The position numbers and the translations under genes were made by a program. 64,000 nt of DNA from an uncultured Candidatus Binatia bacterium (GTDB taxonomy: Bacteria > Desulfobacterota > Binatia > UBA9968 > CAXXLF01). Location: positions 768,001-832,000 of the forward strand of contig OZ244621.1 in NCBI GenBank assembly GCA_965218425.1. The letters run 5' to 3'. The notes below the pieces were generated by a model. That model had not been told where the DNA came from. It ran no database searches and saw only the letters and a list, made by a program, of their open reading frames with translations. The stretch's first letter is position 1; every line of letters begins with the position of its first letter. This document shows, one piece after another, positions 61,760-64,000 of the stretch.

Positions 61760-62362
61760 ATGGCCTACCAGCCAAAGGATGCGTACTTCAAAAAGGCAAA
61801 GAGGGAAGGATACCGTTCCCGAGCTGCCTATAAGCTCCTAGAGTTAAACCGAAGATTTCGTCTCATCAAGCCCGGCCATCGCGTGGTGGACCTCGGTGCG
61901 GCTCCAGGGGGTTGGCTACAAGTGGTCTCCAAGCTCATCGGCGACCGGGGTAGGGCGGTAGGGGTGGACCTTCAATCCATGGAACCGTTGCGAGAGAGCA
62001 ACGTTTACACTTTCCAGGGGGATATCACTTCCGAGGATACCCAAATAAAGGTCAAGGAAGTCTTGGGCGGACCCGCCGACTGTGTCCTCTCGGATCTCTC
62101 CCCCCGCCTGAGTGGAATTCACGCAACCGATCTCAGTCGCTCCCTGGAACTCGTTCAGGCGGCTTTCACCGTGGCGAAGGACCTGCTCAAAGCCAACGGG
62201 GGTTTTATAGTGAAAACCTTCGTAGGAGACGAAACGACGGCTTTTCTAATGGAGCTTAAACCCTTCTTTGCTTCCATACAACGCACCCGCGCCGAGGCCA
62301 CACGGAAGGGATCGTCTGAAATGTACCTGATCGCCAGTGGATTTCGACCGGGCCCTTTATAG
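61760..62362 (+). CDS. rlmE: 23S rRNA Um2552 methyltransferase
   Basis: GYRSRAAYKL, DLGAAPGGW, VLSD and SSEMY motifs. Confidence 0.95.
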   Translation: MAYQPKDAYFKKAKREGYRSRAAYKLLELNRRFRLIKPGHRVVDLGAAPGGWLQVVSKLIGDRGRAVGVDLQSMEPLRESNVYTFQGDITSEDTQIKVKEVLGGPADCVLSDLSPRLSGIHATDLSRSLELVQAAFTVAKDLLKANGGFIVKTFVGDETTAFLMELKPFFASIQRTRAEATRKGSSEMYLIASGFRPGPL

Positions 62363-62392
62363 ATGAATTCGTGCCGGGACCGAAAAAAATCG

Positions 62393-64000
62393 CTATTCCA
62401 CGGTCACGCTCTTGGCCAAATTGCGGGGTTGATCCACGTCGGTACCACGCTGCACTGCGCTGTAATAGGCCATCAACTGGAGCGGAATAGTCAGAACCAC
62501 GGGGGTAAGATAATAAGAAGCCTTTGGGACAATCAGGGTTTTATAGGCCAGGGCCCTGACGGCATCCGCCCCCTCTTGGGTTAGGGCGATGACTTTACCT
62601 CCTCTGGATTCAACCTCTTTGAGATTGGTCAACGTCTTCGGAAATGAGCGGTCCTTTGGCAAAAGGACCACCACCGGCATCTCCTCTCCAATCAATGCAA
62701 TGGGCCCATGCTTCATCTCCCCCGCTGGGTAACCTTCCGCGTGGATATAGGAGATCTCTTTGAGCTTCAGCGCCCCCTCTAAGGCGATGGGGTAATTGAT
62801 CCCTCTGCCCAGATAGAGATAATCTCGGACGTCGCCCAGGCTTTGGGTCATTTTTGCGATTTCCGGCTCTAGCCTGAGAACCTCTTCCACCAAGTGGGGC
62901 AACCGCATGAGATCCGCCAAGAGCCTCTTGGACTCCGCCCGAGTTAGACACCCGTTGAGCCGCCCTAACCCAATGGCAAACAGGTATAGGGCGGTGAGCT
63001 GGCTGGTAAAGGCCTTGGTGCTTGCCACACTAATTTCGGGTCCGGCGTGGGTATAAAATACCCCGTCGGATTTTCGTGCCAGCGACGATTCCACCACGTT
63101 ACAAATGGCAACGACTTTCGCCTTTTTTGCCCGCGCCAGATCGATGGCGGCGAGTGTATCGGCAGTCTCACCGGACTGACTCACCAGCAGAAGGAGGGAG
63201 TGGGAGTCGATCATTGGAGCGCGATATCGAAACTCTGATCCGTAGTCCACTTCCGTCGGAATCCTCGCAATCTCCTCCAGCAAAAATTTCCCCACCAGAC
63301 ATGCGTGCCATGCCGTACCACAGGCAACCATATGAATCTTCTTGATTCGTGTAAGATCTCTAGATTTTAGTTTGACCTCATCCAATGAGACTTCCCCCGA
63401 CTTGAGGGAGATCCTTCCTCTGAAGGTGTCCGTAATAGCGCCGGGCTGTTCATGGATCTCCTTGAGCATGAAATGGGGAAATCCTCCCTTCTGGGCGGTC
63501 ACTGCATCCCAAGTAATTTGCTTGAATTTCCTCATGGTTTCCTTCCCGGCACCATCCCACATGCGAACTCCCTTTGCCGTCACCTCAGCAATCTCGCCGT
63601 CTTCCAGGAAAGCCACTTTCCGCGTGTGGTCAAGCAGCGCAGGGATGTCGGAAGCGACAAAAGTCTCTCCGTCCTTGTAGCCAATGACAACGGGCGTGGA
63701 ATTCTTTGCGATAATCAGCCGATGGGGATCATTTTGGTGGAGAAAGGCCAGAGCATAGGAGCCGTGTATTTTCTTAAGACTTTTGCGTACAGCCCCAAGA
63801 AAATCGGCCCCTTTATAAATCTCCTCCGCCACCAGGTGAGCCACGATTTCTGTATCGGTCTCCGAGTCAATCCGTGCTCCCTTTTTCACCAGGTAGTCCT
63901 TCAACTCCAGATAATTCTCGATAATGCCGTTGTGGACTACCACCACGCTTCCGGCACGATGGGGATGGGCGTTGGTTTCAGTGGGGCGGCCGTGTGTCGC
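62393..64000 (-). CDS. glmS: Glutamine--fructose-6-phosphate aminotransferase (5' end outside the window)
   Basis: ATHG..NAHPH, HNGIIEN, SQSGETADT and PRNLAKSVTVE motifs. Confidence 0.98.
   Translation of the reverse strand, partial: ATHGRPTETNAHPHRAGSVVVVHNGIIENYLELKDYLVKKGARIDSETDTEIVAHLVAEEIYKGADFLGAVRKSLKKIHGSYALAFLHQNDPHRLIIAKNSTPVVIGYKDGETFVASDIPALLDHTRKVAFLEDGEIAEVTAKGVRMWDGAGKETMRKFKQITWDAVTAQKGGFPHFMLKEIHEQPGAITDTFRGRISLKSGEVSLDEVKLKSRDLTRIKKIHMVACGTAWHACLVGKFLLEEIARIPTEVDYGSEFRYRAPMIDSHSLLLLVSQSGETADTLAAIDLARAKKAKVVAICNVVESSLARKSDGVFYTHAGPEISVASTKAFTSQLTALYLFAIGLGRLNGCLTRAESKRLLADLMRLPHLVEEVLRLEPEIAKMTQSLGDVRDYLYLGRGINYPIALEGALKLKEISYIHAEGYPAGEMKHGPIALIGEEMPVVVLLPKDRSFPKTLTNLKEVESRGGKVIALTQEGADAVRALAYKTLIVPKASYYLTPVVLTIPLQLMAYYSAVQRGTDVDQPRNLAKSVTVE

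Noticed and set aside
1..64000. CRISPR array or cas genes
   Set aside because: No regularly spaced direct repeats with unique spacers and no cas-like ORFs were seen by eye.

Overview
A 64 kb bacterial chromosome segment of roughly 55% GC, estimated by eye. The gene content suggests a Deltaproteobacteria-like lineage such as Ca. Binatia; this is inference and untested. Intact housekeeping genes: leuCD, cysS, tRNA-Arg(UCG), thiSGE under a TPP riboswitch, holA, menA, rlmE, glmS (partial) and a Na/Pi symporter with PhoU. These are interleaved with many orphan catabolic enzymes: three UbiD-family (de)carboxylases, two xanthine-dehydrogenase-family Mo-hydroxylase sets, a CarAa/OxoO-like Rieske oxygenase, a tandem pair of phytoene-dehydrogenase-like flavoproteins, citryl-CoA lyase, MmgE/PrpD, an FAH-family protein and an enoyl-CoA hydratase. 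Main signals the ORF track misses: (1) a glutathione S-transferase with an in-frame UGA exactly at the catalytic Cys (U-P-F motif) followed by a SECIS-like hairpin, i.e. a probable selenoprotein; (2) a deletion fusing cysH to the middle of sat, plus a frameshift, in a sulfate-assimilation operon whose upstream region carries a dead IS1595; (3) attC-like half sites flanking a decayed integron-cassette-like array that contains a scrambled RelE/ParE toxin; (4) widespread pseudogenisation confined to accessory genes.
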